A DNA stretch of 63,425 bases, counting the filler, from Sphacelaria rigidula (taxonomy: Eukaryota), in the NCBI GenBank assembly GCA_964200075.2. It is 7 parts of 7 records of this genome, joined end to end, with 100 filler letters (N's around TTAATTAATTAA, not from the genome) between each part and the next. Parts side by side here need not be neighbours in the genome. Positions count along the whole stretch, not along the records: positions 9,078 to 18,052 come from CAXNAA020009602.1; positions 18,153 to 27,127 come from CAXNAA020009603.1; 5 more parts are not named here. One strand, 5' to 3'. This document shows, in pieces, positions 11,501-24,966 of the stretch (position 1 is the first letter of the stretch; each line of letters starts with the position of its first letter). The notes below the pieces were generated by a model. That model was not told where the DNA came from and searched no databases. It worked only from the letters and a program-made list of their open reading frames with translations. Position numbers and translations under genes: made by a program.

Positions 11501-14500
11501 TCCCGTTCTTGTCCTGACAACTCCTACGAAGGTGACTTCATCTCTTTCCTCATCAATTTCCGTCCACCCTCTTCGCCCCTTTCCTCGAGCTTCCTTTTGA
11601 ACCCCTCAGCGCCCACGCGCCAGCAGGCTACCCTTCATTTCTTTCCGCCGGGGGTTCGGCATCGTTGTTTGGCGGAAGAGACAACGCCCTCCTCTATACA
11701 AGGGGGTCCGGGTTCACTAGGCCCTTGCCACGCACATAGTTCGTGCCCTCTCCGTCTAATGTTCGTGCATCACCATTAGCTACTCTGCAATCGCGTAACA
11801 TCTCCGTTGTTAAAAGGGTCGGTGGTAACGCTAGCGGGATACGCAGGCGCACAGGGCTGCAGGCATCCCGTCCGCTACGAGTATTCCGCGAAGACAAGGT
11901 AGAGTGCACTAGAATGCGCTAGAGTGCAACAAAGCCCCGAACTTGGCTGCTCAATGATGTCAAGACTGCTGCGATCCTATTGGTCAAAACATGAACATGC
12001 GAAGTCGTTTCACCGCCGGAGGGGCCTGCTGCGGCCTCCTCGCATACAATATCGCCATCCTCCACGCGGGACTGTCAGGAGTCGCAGCAGACCGTGGGCA
12101 CTAGAACGAATAATGAATCCGCTACACTCACCTTGGATACGTGTATTTACCTTGTAATCATGGCTGGATTGGTGTCGGACCAGTGACAATACGGCAATCC
12201 TGCAATTACTTCATCAATAAAACGTAACAACATACCGTCATGAACTCATCCTCCGAATCCCAGGAAGCATCGACCGGGCACATTCCCAAGGAAGGCGTGC
12301 TGTTCCCGGTGCCGAAGGGTCCTGCCGTGCAGTGCATACATTTGCGGAACTGTCAATCTTCAACAAAACAAAGTACCCGATAGACAGGGACACGGTCTGC
12401 AACCAACAAGTAATATGCACTTCAAACCTCTAACAAGACACGTGTCGTCTCGAAGAAAATACTGCATACAAGCAGTGGCACGTGAGAGAACAAAACCTAA
12501 CGACATCCTACTTTTTTCGCTTGAACTCGAACTTGGCGGAGGGCTACGTACCCTACATCCAAGTCATTAGGCTACTACACGTCGTCAGACCTCGGAAGCT
12601 AAAGCTGGTACATATGTCGAGGGAATGTGTGTTGGCAGACGTGGAGCAGGGTATGCACTGTTTCCGAGATATTCTTACGAGTTGGCCACACGTAAAGACA
12701 GATCGAACAGATGTAGGGACAAGAAAACACTAGCGAAGCGGCTGAGCTTTGGAAGTTCCCAAAGACAACTTCACATTCCTCGAAAGGGCCGAGGAAAAAA
12801 ACCACTTACACCGAAGTACTTATCTATCTTCATAGGATAAACCTACAGCTAATGCAGCTGCACCAAGAGCCCTTCACCCTGCCCTTCATGCTGCTTTACT
12901 AGCGGATTTCGGCCAGTGTGTACAATGCTTCCATGAGCCAAGGAAAGGCGGGGTGTCATATGTGAGGAAGTGTCACTCGTTTCTACGTGGTGCATGTACC
13001 ACTTTTGTTCTTCACGTACTTCTTCACTTTCCTCTTCCAATCGGCTTTGTGGAAGTGTTTCCCTCCACCATAGATCGGGACGTTTGGGCATACAACAAAC
13101 CCAGTGCCGAAGAGACAAAACAGGCCAAGGACGTTCAAGGGCGTGCCCTCCAAAAGTGCACACACGATGTCCCTAAAATCTTCTTCATTTTTCATCCGCT
13201 TAGCAGAAGTTTTCCCCGCCCCAGAAGATTAGAGAAAACGTTATTACGCAGCAACTACTACCGAATAACAAGAGTACAAAACATGTCCTGTAGCGGGGAC
13301 ACCTGTTGGCGGCCTCAAGGGATCAGGTGGCGCGCCCGGCTGCTCCGATCCCATGTACGGAGGTGGGCATTCAACCATCTCGCATACCGCCTGGTGTGAC
13401 GATAATCGTACGATCAAACACACGTGGCACGACGCGACAGGACGGTCGATTCATTGTGTACTCGCAGCAGGGCGCTCGTTCGTTCTACATAGGTTATATA
13501 TTTCGGTAGCATGCATGCAGTTCAGCAACGTGTTCCGTTGTACGATATGCCAAGCGTACTATATGAACTGTGCTGGACAGAGTATTCAGCTCAGTGCACT
13601 GCAAGGCCAGTACGCTCGATCTGTACAAAGCAGAGTATCCTGTCACTGCGCACAAATGGAAACCAGTTTGGAACGATCGTAGACGTCAGAAAATCGCTCG
13701 AGTTTCCTCCCCGAGCATCGAACGCTGCTGACTCAAACTTTGTGAGGGAAATCGATTTCGCAGGGGAAACAGCGGTAACACCATCTCTGTGATCTTCAGT
13801 CGGAATAGTTCAGGTCATTCTTTGAAGCGTTGGGCGGCTGCCTCTCCCTCAGCCTCCGCACTATGCAATACTCCTGGCCCGCCTCGTCTATCGCGCGCAA
13901 ATCGGATGGGCGTGGCCTCCTTCGACGTGCCCACGCTTTAATTTTTGTTCCGTAAAAGCTTCAGCCCCTTGCCCTTCTCGGAACGAGCCCCTAGTCTCAA
14001 GAGGGCAACCCATCCCTCCCCCGACACATGCCTGCTATATTGGTATGGCGGATTGGATGATGACCATCAGCACTCCCACACGACGCCGACTCTTGTCCAA
14101 TAAAGTTTCGGTGTCATGTCGTTACCCTTTCAACGACGGGATCCGACACGTTCTTACAAGAAGAAAAAAAAACACATGCGTCTGCCGAGAATCAAACCTT
14201 CAACCTTCCGTCCTAATCGTTTTCAATATATACCAGTTGGAGCAACAGGACGCGGAGGCTTGACCGGTACAGTTGTTTTACGTGGATGGTCGCATCATTT
14301 TCGGTCAGAGAGCGGCGGAGAATCTTCAGCGTGACACCTGTCACATGGTGCATGTACCCACCAAACAGATCAGCCACATCCATCTGCTGAACGCGAGGCC
14401 TCGATATCGCTAGCTGTGTATCGGCGAAGCGACGAGCAAAGGAATACGTGAGCGCTCTGGATACGCCTGCATTGCTCCATTCGCCTGGTCATAACGACAA

Positions 14501-16768
14501 AAGAATCCTGCCAACAACGATTCAGCGTCTCAAGAGTGAGTCAATACATGAACTTCTCCTGCTTCCAACCCGTTCGCTTTGAAAAGGACGACAGCTGGGG
14601 GGAGGGGGGCGTGGGGGGGGGGGAGTCCAGAGCAGGCATGCTCAATCTCACGAACCCCGCCAACTTTTCCGGTTATTCTAAATCCCGAGCTTCCGCCGCG
14701 CCCCGATGGTGTGATATTACAAGTGGAGCAATGCGTTTTTGGCACACTCAAGACTTCTAGGTCTTGAAGGATCAATCAAGGGATCAACCTATCTATGCCC
14801 TGGTACACGCCTTGCAATTTAGTACCCCAAATTGGATCAATACCCACGCACACGCGTCGACTCACCGTCAGATAAAGCATATTTTGCTGCCTCACGTTGT
14901 TGCATTTCCAACGACAGAAATCAGGTGCTTTTTCAGCGAACCTAAGTGCACATTTCCGAGAATCGATACCACATTTCCGTTACCTAGTGTAGATGCGCTT
15001 GGATTTTCCTCTGAGGAGCATCTGACTGCTGTCGTTGAAACCCTTGAGGGCTTCGAGAAGCAGATAGAGTTGTCTTCACCACAATCGACGTGGTGCGAGA
15101 GTGCTGAACGCATCCGATATACCGAAATGTACGGGTCATACAGGAAGAGAGAGAGAGAGAGATAAGCTGATCCTTGAGGCGACCATGCGGATTCGTGCTG
15201 AGAAAGGCGGGGGTTAAAAGTGTGACCACAACGACAAAAAAAACTGCCGTTCACGTTCACGTCGCTTCATGTTTTCGTGACGTTCACCTCCGGATAGGCC
15301 TGTCCCTGTCATTACGGGCTTGTTTTGTGGCGGATCAACTGAAAATACGAACCAAATTAGCTACTTAACTAGTCATTCATTTAATGATAAAATCGATGGG
15401 AAGATCTAAAACCAAGGCGAAGTACCCATTTCTGCAATCTATGTGGTGCCCGTACGGCACGAAAAACAAAACTGACCCCTCGCCGAATATAGTGAATCCT
15501 CGGGAGGTGGCCGCACACCCCAACATCAGTCATTTTCCAAGCTGGATTTTATCCATTAGCAGGATTTAACGCTGGCGAAGCAGCAGGTCTCGACGAAATC
15601 TCCTCCGCGATGGAGCTATAGCAAGCTCCATATTGATGAGGTATAGTTCAGGCAAAGGTTGATCGCCTTCTCTTCAAAATCGGCTCACTATTGAATTGAG
15701 TCGGGCGCTACTTACGGGAGGAGCAACAGTGCCAGTCGATTTCCACTGCCGTGAAATAGGGCTCCGCCTTGAAAATGACAATGACAAAGTAGGAACATCA
15801 TTGTATCGGTGTCATGAGCAACGACCGTTGCTGCAGAGAGAATGTGATTTTGTAAAAAATAAAATACAGGTAGATATATATTTGTATGGCAGGACCAGGT
15901 CATTGCCGCGGCATTCACAATAACTGGCGCAGAACCACGGGACAAACTTAGTAGGCCGGGGCAGTGACATGCCTCCACTCGAAGGTCCCCCATGTTCAAG
16001 TGTTTCAGATGTGGTCCAGCGTTTTCAGGGTACTTGTGGTACCGAGGAGACCTCTAGGTACCTGACGTATCGATCCTCCTACCATACGCGCGCCCGCGTT
16101 CGTATTACCTTACTGTGAGCACCATTTTTCGATATTTTTGCCGCGAGAAGCCTTGGATCTCGTTTTCTGGCGGAACAGCTTCATACAGTGAATTACGAAC
16201 AGAAACGTGATGGACTGGCACACATACGCATACGCGCATCTATGAATGAACTCTAGCAGACTGATTTGCAGTGAAAATTGTTGTCAAATAGAAGCGACGC
16301 CCCACTGTGAGCCTCCTCATTAATTCCGGGACACGACCCTAGCCCCGCACATGCGACTATCCACGAGCAGTACGGTGTAGAGACGGTGAACTTCCATGAT
16401 GAGTGCGGCAGTGCCCGGTATCGAGGCATACATCATCAAGGTAGGTAGGTCACCGAACCACCCCTGCCCCAAATCCTGATAACTGTAGAACCAACCGGTG
16501 CACTACCCATGGTGAGCATTCCTCGGTAGGAAGAAATCAGCCGACTGTAGTGGTGGATGGTGCCACTGCTCAACACACAGTGTAACCTGGGTTGCGACAT
16601 TAACATTCCTTGCCGACCACTGCTCCCGCTTCCAACTCCATGGTTGTGTAACTACAGCGCACATGTTCACCATAAAAATAAGCCAACTGCAGTACGAGTA
16701 GCAACCAGCCGCAGCTGCTCCAGTGTGGTATCGTGTCATCGTACGCACGTGAGTTACTTTTTTGTCAG

Positions 16769-17344
16769 TGGAAGCATAAGGGCATGGAAAGTTGTTCCGA
16801 AACCGACAATGGACATCTCAGGATCATACAATGAAATTGACATAGCGACACCTTTCTTACTGGCCAACGCCGCGTGGAGCCAGCGGTGTGTCAAGGACCA
16901 CGTGACGTACCTGCGGGAATCTGGGCAACTGGTCCTGCCAGCCGCCGAGCCACATAGCGCAGGTGTCCGTGGCGAGCGACCACTCCCCCACTGATGATTT
17001 ATATAACAGCATTTAGTCAAGGAAAGACAGGAAACACGTCCGGGCACATGCGAAATAGTGAAATGCTGAAAACATGAAAAAAAAAATAGTGTGAATCATA
17101 AATGAGCTTCTCAAGTTGTTGTTGTTGTCTAATGGATGGAGCGACCTGCTGATGAAGTGCCATCAGGATACAATTCCCATGAGCGCAACCCTTCAGGGGC
17201 AAATAACTATTGAAGCGCGCAAGTTATCTAGGGTACATCGCATTCGTTTCAGTTAAGCAAAAGAGCGTGAGCGCTCCGACAATGAATGAAGCGGCCAACC
17301 CCACCAACAACCAACACAAGAGAGAGGGAGACCCTCACGATTGA
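16769..17344 (+). CDS. Possible last two exons of an unknown gene (16769-16962, 17253-17344)
   Basis: Pyrimidine-rich AG acceptors, GT donor, phase-compatible join (HSA|VKQK), TGA at 17342-17344. No recognisable domain. Confidence 0.35.
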
Positions 17345-17977
17345 TCCCAGGAAGCATACTTGAGGGCATGAAAGATGCGTTCATTGACAGCTGCCGGCTC
17401 CTTATGGGCGCACGAAAGAGGAGGCGCAATAAGACCGTGTCACTGGAAAATGACGAGTGGCGACTGCATGTACATACCGGTGGGGGCATAACGCGGGATA
17501 CCATCTTCTCAACAGGGGAAACCCCCTACTAGCGAAGGACCCAACCTATGGATGCTACCTCAACATGTTTCGACATACAATATTTGTGCTTGGTCGCACC
17601 GTACCTGAAGGTTTTTTCGACCCCCCGACGATGAGTGCTGGAGACCCGAACAGTGCTCACTCAAACCAGAGGCGACATCGCTACAGAGCAAACGTGTCAC
17701 CGACCACTTCTAGTGTTCATATTGCTGAAGCACCCTGGTCCTTGTTATTTCGTACTATTGTGTCATGTCCTATACCTCATTCGTCGAGGGGGTGATATCC
17801 TACGTGCCACTGTTCAGCGCTGTAGACGTAAAGATGGTACCAAAAATTGCAAAACAAAATCATCACGTGGAGGTCCTACTTGAACGTGCGTGATACATTT
17901 TGTACCGGTGGTTTGCCCAGTCATCTCCGGTAGTTTTCGAGTAAGGATATTGAAACTGAAAGATATGATCACCAGAA

Positions 17978-18052
17978 GGGTGTACTCATGATCATGCATG
18001 CCATAGTCATCAGACCATTGACCTCGCATCCCTACAAAGCCGGGACGGAGCA
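17978..18052 (-). mobile_element. Divergent subfamily of the LINE 3' tail (related copy at 25185-25260)
   Basis: TGCTCCGTCCCGG...GGATGCGAGGTCAATGGTC...ATGAGTACACCC on the minus strand. Confidence 0.6.
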
Positions 18053-18152
18053 NNNNNNNNNNNNNNNNNNNNNNNNNNNNNNNNNNNNNNNNNNNNTTAA
18101 TTAATTAANNNNNNNNNNNNNNNNNNNNNNNNNNNNNNNNNNNNNNNNNNNN

Positions 18153-18219
18153 AAAGGGATGCGTGGTCGATGTCAAACGACCGAGCCGAGAAACAAACGA
18201 GTACGCCCCCCCCCCCCCC
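18153..18219 (+). mobile_element. C-tract LINE 3' tail copy
   Basis: AAAGGGATGCGTGGTC...GAGTACG followed by C14. Confidence 0.75.
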
Positions 18220-19345
18220 AACCCCCCCCCCCCTCACCCCCCTCCCCCTCCTTCCAAAAAAACAAAAAGAAGGTATGGTGTAGCCTCGTATGGCTGTCAG
18301 GAAGAAAAGGTTTTCGCCCCACCCCTTGCTGTGTCAGAGATGGGCCAAAACAAGTCACGGTACATCAACAACAGCAGTCATTTTTTCTAGTTCAACACTG
18401 CTACTCGAGTAATTTCGCAGAGTACCTTCGGATAGAAATCCTGGATTACCCTCGTACTGCTTCCAGTGCGAGCGGGCGTCCATCGACAAGCACCAAACCA
18501 CGATCATACCCCACCCGCATCACCGACAAGTTTACCCGTTTATTTGCCGCAAGCAAACACAAGGATCAAAACCGATCCTTCATTCCGAAACACTATTCTA
18601 ACCACCCGCCACCCGTAGGAACGACCTGCACAAAACAACCCTCGACAAGCTGCTCCGAACAACGTCGACTCACAACAGGTCACGACTCTTCCAAATGGCT
18701 TGCCGATGTACTCCGACACACACACACACCTCTTGGTTGACGCCGTCTGTCTCTCGTCTCTCGTAGCGTGTCTTCTCTCGGAATAAAAAACAGCTCTTTT
18801 CCCCCAGCGGGTCGCGTGTACGCGAGGCGGTTTGGTTTTGCCTCGTGAAGAGGTTCTACCCGAAGGCACGGAACTGCCCGCTCAGTACAGCACACGTCAC
18901 CAAATACACTTTAAAACATGGTGCCAAGATTCAGTTCGATCATACCGTCAACAGCATTTCGTGCAGAGGGTGACAAAAGGTTTCTCGGGGGAAGTGGGGA
19001 TTCCAAGTGCCACAACGAAGTTCGCCGGGGGCAAGGTTGTGGTGAAACGCAGCGGCTGTTTGGTAACAAAACTTTGTTTCAAGGCCTGTGTCGGTGTGAT
19101 TTGTCTGTTTGTGGACTATTGTGGTTTCCCGCCGTAGTCGGCCGAAAGGAGCAGGGTATGCATGCGCACACACCGAACGTGCGACCGCCGGGGGTGGGGC
19201 GGGATCTTCGAGCAGGGTTTGCCTTTTTTGTATAGCACGAGACAGTGCGAATTCGGGACTTTGGGGTATTTTAGAACCATTCGTGAGGAATCTTGCACCG
19301 TAGTATCTCCTCGGTGGCCGCCTCGATTCGGCGTTGCAGTATGTG

Positions 19346-19704
19346 TGCCGGTCGCCCCGGTGGCTCAGTTGGTAACCTCGAAACCTTCTGGTGGTTGCGT
19401 AGTGGAGTTCAATTCCTGGAGCGATCTAGGAATTTTCCTCACAACATGCTCAACAGTGGAGAGCGGCTATGTCGTGGGTACATATTATTCGACTTAACGG
19501 TCGACGATGAAAAGGGAGTGCTGAACCCCTCTTGCGATGAAAAATAAAGGCAAGCACCGCAGAAGGACGGTGGGGTACTCAAAACAAATAAAAAAGAAAA
19601 AACTCTCATGTTGACCTTCCTCCTGTATGACCCCGGCTGGTGCCCCCACATATACCGAAAGGTGCAGACTGGCGCCCAGAATCAATGGAACGACAACACA
19701 CACA
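19346..19704 (+). mobile_element. tRNA-derived SINE, full length
   Basis: A box TGGCTCAGTTGG 19361-19372, B box GTTCAATTCC 19407-19416, (AC)n tail, 9-bp TSD CAGTATGTG (19337-19345, 19705-19713). Confidence 0.88.
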
Positions 19705-20635
19705 CAGTATGTGCGACTCGCTTGGTTCTTTGAACCTGTTACCTTGTTCGCTTCAAAGCCCAGAAGGTAAGTCGCTGCGTCTGTCAGCAGACATACGACT
19801 ACCACCACAACGTGCTCTCTCCATCTACGACGGTTGCCGTTGTCTGTGTCGATGCGCATGCGTAAAAGGCAAAACCGCGGTGTGCTCCGCGACCCGTCGA
19901 AAAAAGGACTCGTACTCTATTCCGAGACAAGACACGCACGAGAGAAGAGAATGGTAGGTTGAGTCGTTGTGTTTGCTCAACAACAACCGAGCGGGTACTG
20001 TTTCGATTATGCTGATGCGTGTGGTTATGGTTTGATGCTCTAAGATGACCGCTCCATGGATGAGCGACGGTATAAAATCGAGAACGGCCATCCGTCGGAT
20101 TTTCGCCGGATCAGGCTCACAATCAGTCATCAAGCGCGAGACGCCGTGATGTGTTCGGCGAGTCGCATGAAGGGGGAGTGAGCTACGAGCTGGGCCAGCT
20201 TAAAACGGATTTAAACTCTAAAAGCAATATATCTGTACATATCTTATCCCCTTCCGGTTTCGCCGTCCATGTCCACGGTCGATCTCCTCGTATAGCGACG
20301 GGGGGAAGGGAGGGTGCGGGTGCTACGTCAATCAGGCTCCCGTACTTGAAGAACTCTCAGAGAAAACGGCGCAAGTGGTGCATTTTTCGCAGAAGGAGTG
20401 CCTTCTCTTGACCAAGGCTCTAGATAGCTTGATAGAAATGGAGCAACGCCACCTACCCAGGACGGTGTATGTACCTTGCACGCGTTTTAAGAATCGGCCG
20501 ATTTAAGTCATACTTTACGTGTGCACATGCCAGCTTCAGCAAGAATGTTCACGTTCGACGCGAAGAATAGCCTGATTTATACGCGCTGCGTGAACTATCG
20601 TCATGTACACAGGGCACTCCTGTTCTGCTCCCAGT

Positions 20636-21003
20636 GTGTGTGTGAATGTGTGTTGTCGTCCCATCTATTCTGGACGCCGGTCCACACCTTTCGGTATATG
20701 TGGGCGCATCAGCCGGGGTCATACAGAAGGAAGGTCAACACGGGAGGTTTTTCTTTTTTAGTTGCTTTTAGTACTCCACCATCATTCTGCGGTACTTGCC
20801 TTTATTTTTTTATCGCGAGAGGGGTTCAGCAGTCCCTTTCCCTCGTCGACCGTTGAGTCGAATGGTGTGTAACCACGACATAGTCGCTCTCCACTGTATG
20901 GCATGGTGTGAGAAAATATCCCAGGTCGCTCCGAGGTTTGAACCCACGACCCAACCGCCAGAGGGTCTTGAGGTTACCAACTGAGCAACCGGGGCGACCG
21001 GCA
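20636..21003 (-). mobile_element. tRNA-derived SINE copy
   Basis: Reverse-complement match to 19346-19704; CCCAGT on both flanks. Confidence 0.85.
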
Positions 21004-21351
21004 CCCAGTAGCCCCAAGAAAAACCAAATCAGCGCACATCAAAAGCTCGGAGGTTTGAAATGTTGTCAGATGTTTGCTATTTTAAAAACAAGTCCATGAA
21101 CGTGTTGTCAAGTGTGCCGGGAATTCGGAACAACATTTTCACGGGTTGGAAAAATCTCTACTTGCGTATAACGTGGCTTGTATTGTATCAAGTATGTGGG
21201 ACAGGCTGAACTCGCTCTATTCTATAATGTCCCCAAACATGACATTTCGCACACAAGATTGAATTAATGAATACCCTCCGTTCTCCCAATGGTAGCTGAA
21301 TAGACATAACACACATAGCAGGATATTTTTAGCCATCCCATCCATCCCCTT

Positions 21352-21830
21352 GGGCCGCTGCTTATAACGGATAGAAGTAAAATATGGAAAGGTATTTTTT
21401 GGAGCTTCTACGTCGTTTTACGCCCTAAAATAGAGCTAGGCCGAGTTTGACACCTTGGAACGACTTGCACTACTAGTTGAGGCGGTTCCAGTATATCTTC
21501 CCGTTTACCAGTGGTCGCAGTTTTTATTTTGACCAAACGAGAGTTTTTGTCCAAGAACGGTGAAGAACGATCAAGAACGGTCAGGTCCAAAAAAAATCTC
21601 TAATTTTATCTGGACCTGACCGTTTTTTTTACAAGCATTTTTGTCTAGTCAAAAACCAATTGCGGCCACCGGTGAACGGGAAGATGTCCTGGAAGCGCCT
21701 CAACTATTAGACAAGTCATTCCAAGGCGTCAAAATCTGCCCACCTACTATTTTAGGGCGTAAAACGACGTAGAATATCCAAAAAGGCACTCTTCCAGATT
21801 TTTATATTTGTCTGTTGTAAGCAGCGGTCT
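21352..21830. mobile_element. Foldback element or MITE (~480 bp, long inverted arms)
   Basis: TTCTACGTCGTTTTACGCCCTAAAATAG is mirrored by CTATTTTAGGGCGTAAAACGACGTAGAA; looser symmetry continues inward and outward. Confidence 0.8.
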
Positions 21831-23052
21831 TCGGCTGCTCCTTGTGCTACGGAAACAAACGGTAGGGCAGAAAAAAACTCATGATTGTTTTCACAAAGAT
21901 TTGTCAACACCGTTTCTTGTGGCACACGTGTTGTTGTCCGAGAACGGTTGTCCAAAAAAATGAAAATATAAATATGTAAATCTTTACGCACTTCTCGACA
22001 GGCGTTTGAGAAAAAATACCACTTTTAAGCTGGGTCACATTTTTGTTGGAGAGAACGATCGAGGCCGAGCATGCCTCCATGCGCACGCAGCGGGATGAGG
22101 AGTCTCCAGACGGTGTAGGTCTGACGAGCAGCAGAGCAGTTGGGTCGACTACGGTGCACCAGCTTCACAGCAACACGGCGATCGTGATCAGTAACCGGGC
22201 GGCCGGTGATGACACCATCATATCGTTGATGGCAAGGGATCAACGGTGACGAACAGAAACGGTATTTTCAAGGATGAAATACTAATTATTTCTGCGCTGT
22301 CTCCTGTCCTCGCCAGACGTCATCCGATGACTGACTGTGCCATCAATCCTCCTCGCGACACCGTTGACAGAATATTCTTCGTCCTCCCCTGTTCGCGTGC
22401 AACCTGCAACTCTCTCGTCTGTGACCAACTTGAAAAAAAAAAATCACGCCTGCCAATTGGCGTGCAAAACTTGACCCCCCAGGAGGAGCAGTTTGGAAAA
22501 AATATATAATGTTCATGCAAAAATGGTGTCGACACACACACGCAGCTTCTTCTTCACTCAAGCTACTGCAAAATTTCACATTCCATGAGAAGCGGTCATA
22601 CACTAGACCAACACTTCCAAAAGGAAATTTACGGGCAGTCTACAGGCTTGATGCACTTTACAGGTAACTTGGTGTATACTTCCTCTGTTTACCGAGTCTG
22701 CTCGGGTGGGTATAACGGTTTCAATGACGATGCTATGGTCAGGTTTATTCGGGAGATACAACGCAGACGATGCTAGTGCAAACGAAAAAGGCGGAGGAAA
22801 GTAATTCTTCTATGCAAAAAATGATATTGAAATGTGCCCATTTTTGGCCTTCGAGACGCTCACGCAGGTGAAAGACATGGAAGCGGGGTATGTTATAAAA
22901 ACCGTGAGGTGATGTTTTGAAACGAAAAAAAAAGGGCGGTGGAGACGGATCGCCGCGACAAACCTTCTCTCTCTGTTACCCAGAATAACCACCGGATCGA
23001 CTGCATCTGCTTCATCCGGTGGACGAGACAACCGACTACATCTTTGAACAGA

Positions 23053-23206
23053 CGCATACACACACCTAGACGACAGAGGGTGAAATACGGTCATTTTCGG
23101 ACCAAGTGACTTTTTCGGAGCTGTTCGACCGCATGGAGGTCAAACGTCAACCATGAAACAATATATATAATATATATATTGACTCAAAAAATCGCTCCCA
23201 GAATGC

Positions 23207-23238
<32 letters not shown>

Positions 23239-23410
23239 CGCACACACACACCTAGACGACAGAGGGTGAAATACGGCCATTTTCGGGCCAAGTGATTTTT
23301 TTGGGGCTCTTCAATCGCATGGAGGACAAACGTCAACCATGAAAAAAAAAAAACGATCAACAAAGCGCTCCCAGAATGCAACAACGACGACAACAACAAA
23401 AACAACAACA
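23053..23410 (+). repeat. Two ~187-bp tandem units with (CAA)n tracts
   Basis: CACACACCTAGACGACAGAGGGTGAAATACGG...CAAACGTCAACCATGAAA occurs twice. Confidence 0.8.
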
Positions 23411-23926
23411 ACGAATAAAAAAGTAGGCCATCGTAAACGCTTTTGGAACTCAGGAAAAACAGTACAAAGTGCCACGTGTGAGCTTTCGTCACCGGAAAAA
23501 CGTCACTTCTTAGAGTTCGGTGCACGAATCTGCCACATCAGTATACTAGAACTTAGAGTAGTGCACCACCGTTTGTGTGGGCTTCGTCATCAATAGTTGC
23601 ACAAAAACAACCGTGTCTTGCCCAAGAGAACACCAATTCTCAATCGTCATTTTTACATCAACGGTTCCAAAAGGGATCAAGCGCCCGTACAAGCAAAAGC
23701 GAGCGGACTTCTGGGACAGAAAAAAAAAAAAATGATTTCATAGTCGCACTGTGACTGATGTCCCAGGGATCCACCCATGGTCACATGGTTGACGTACCCG
23801 AGACAAGAAAAAAAAAAAACACTCGCGGAAGAATAGTAAAGAAAAGAGGAAGTACAGGAGTTATTTTTTTCATCTCACAACTACCATAATTGATCGAGTC
23901 CACTGATACAAAAACCAAAAACCCAC

Positions 23927-24319
23927 CCGCGGTGATGTGGTGCCCCAGCGCGCTCTCCTTGCTGGCGTGTCTCCCGTCGTCCTCGCATCCTTGAACCATC
24001 CTCATCACCTCGTCCGGCTCGGGACCCTCTCGTCCCACCACCTCCTGCAACCACTTCAGGAGAACCACTTCGGTCACTGTTGCTCCACCCGCCACCTGTC
24101 CGATGTCTTCGTAGATGCGGCCGGCGGTATCGGCGACTTCGCCAATGTCGCGCTTGAGCCCGCCAATGTCGTGCGTGAAGCGCCGGACAAAGTCGTCCCC
24201 TAATCTCGCCAAACTTTTCCAGTCAGCAAAAGCAGCAGCAGCATCATTGCTAGCACTGCCACGACTGGGCTCGCTGCGTCCGTCACCGACAACCTGTTCG
24301 TCCCAGCGTCCGTTTTTTC
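23927..24319 (-). CDS. Internal coding exon of an unknown gene (393 nt, symmetric phase)
   Basis: Acceptor ...TTCTGCCGGCAG, donor GTGGGT, GC-rich open frame (DWKSLARLGDDFVRRFTHDIGG...). Confidence 0.6.
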
Positions 24320-24469
24320 CTGCCGGCAGAAAATTGAGATACAAAATATGGACACGCGGCTCCGTCATATTGGTATTGTCGGCTATTTTTCTCCGCGTTT
24401 CAATGCGTGTGAATGTGTATGTGTGTGTGTGTGCTTTACGTGTGTTTCTTTCGATTTTTTGTTTCACGC

Positions 24470-24513
<44 letters not shown>

Positions 24514-24869
24514 CCTTTCACTTGCATTTGGAGAAATCAACGTTGTTGATTATGTCCTTAGTCGGTGGCTCTGCGGTGCCAACTGGTGTGTGTCTGTATC
24601 TCCTGTGCTGCCCTGAATCCCTTGGACTTTTTTCTTTTTCCTCGTTGTTTTATTCCATTTTGTTTTGTTCCTTTTTTTTTTTTTTTTTTTTTGGTTCGCG
24701 AGATCGGACTAATGTGCGGTAATAATAATAATAATAATAATAGGTCGGCCATCTTTTTCCGCGCTTTGCTTTTGTTGACTTTTCCATTCTTCTTCTTTTT
24801 GTTTTACAACTTAGTCCACCATGTCGTTATCTTCGATTTTTTTTTACTCCTTCTTTTCTTCAGCGAGTG

Positions 24870-24966
24870 TTTCAGTTTTGCTTTTCTTGGGTACGTCCAT
24901 CATGCGGCCACGGCTGGACCCCTAGGGGGTCAGATAAAGTGCGACAATTAATTATCAATCAATCAA
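24870..24966 (+). mobile_element. 3' end of a retroposon with (AATC)n tail (other copies ~23735-23810 minus, ~45815 plus, ~62140-62235 minus)
   Basis: Shared GGGTACGTC...GGATCC...GTGCGAC motif followed by ATCAATCAATCAA. Confidence 0.65.

Noticed and set aside
19347-19420. tRNA gene
   Set aside because: A and B boxes are present but no clean cloverleaf; it is the head of a SINE with body, tail and TSD.
22025-22243. Minus-strand ORF with RRVAVKLV as a kinase N-lobe
   Set aside because: No glycine-rich loop, no convincing splice sites, and on a different contig and strand from the kinase.
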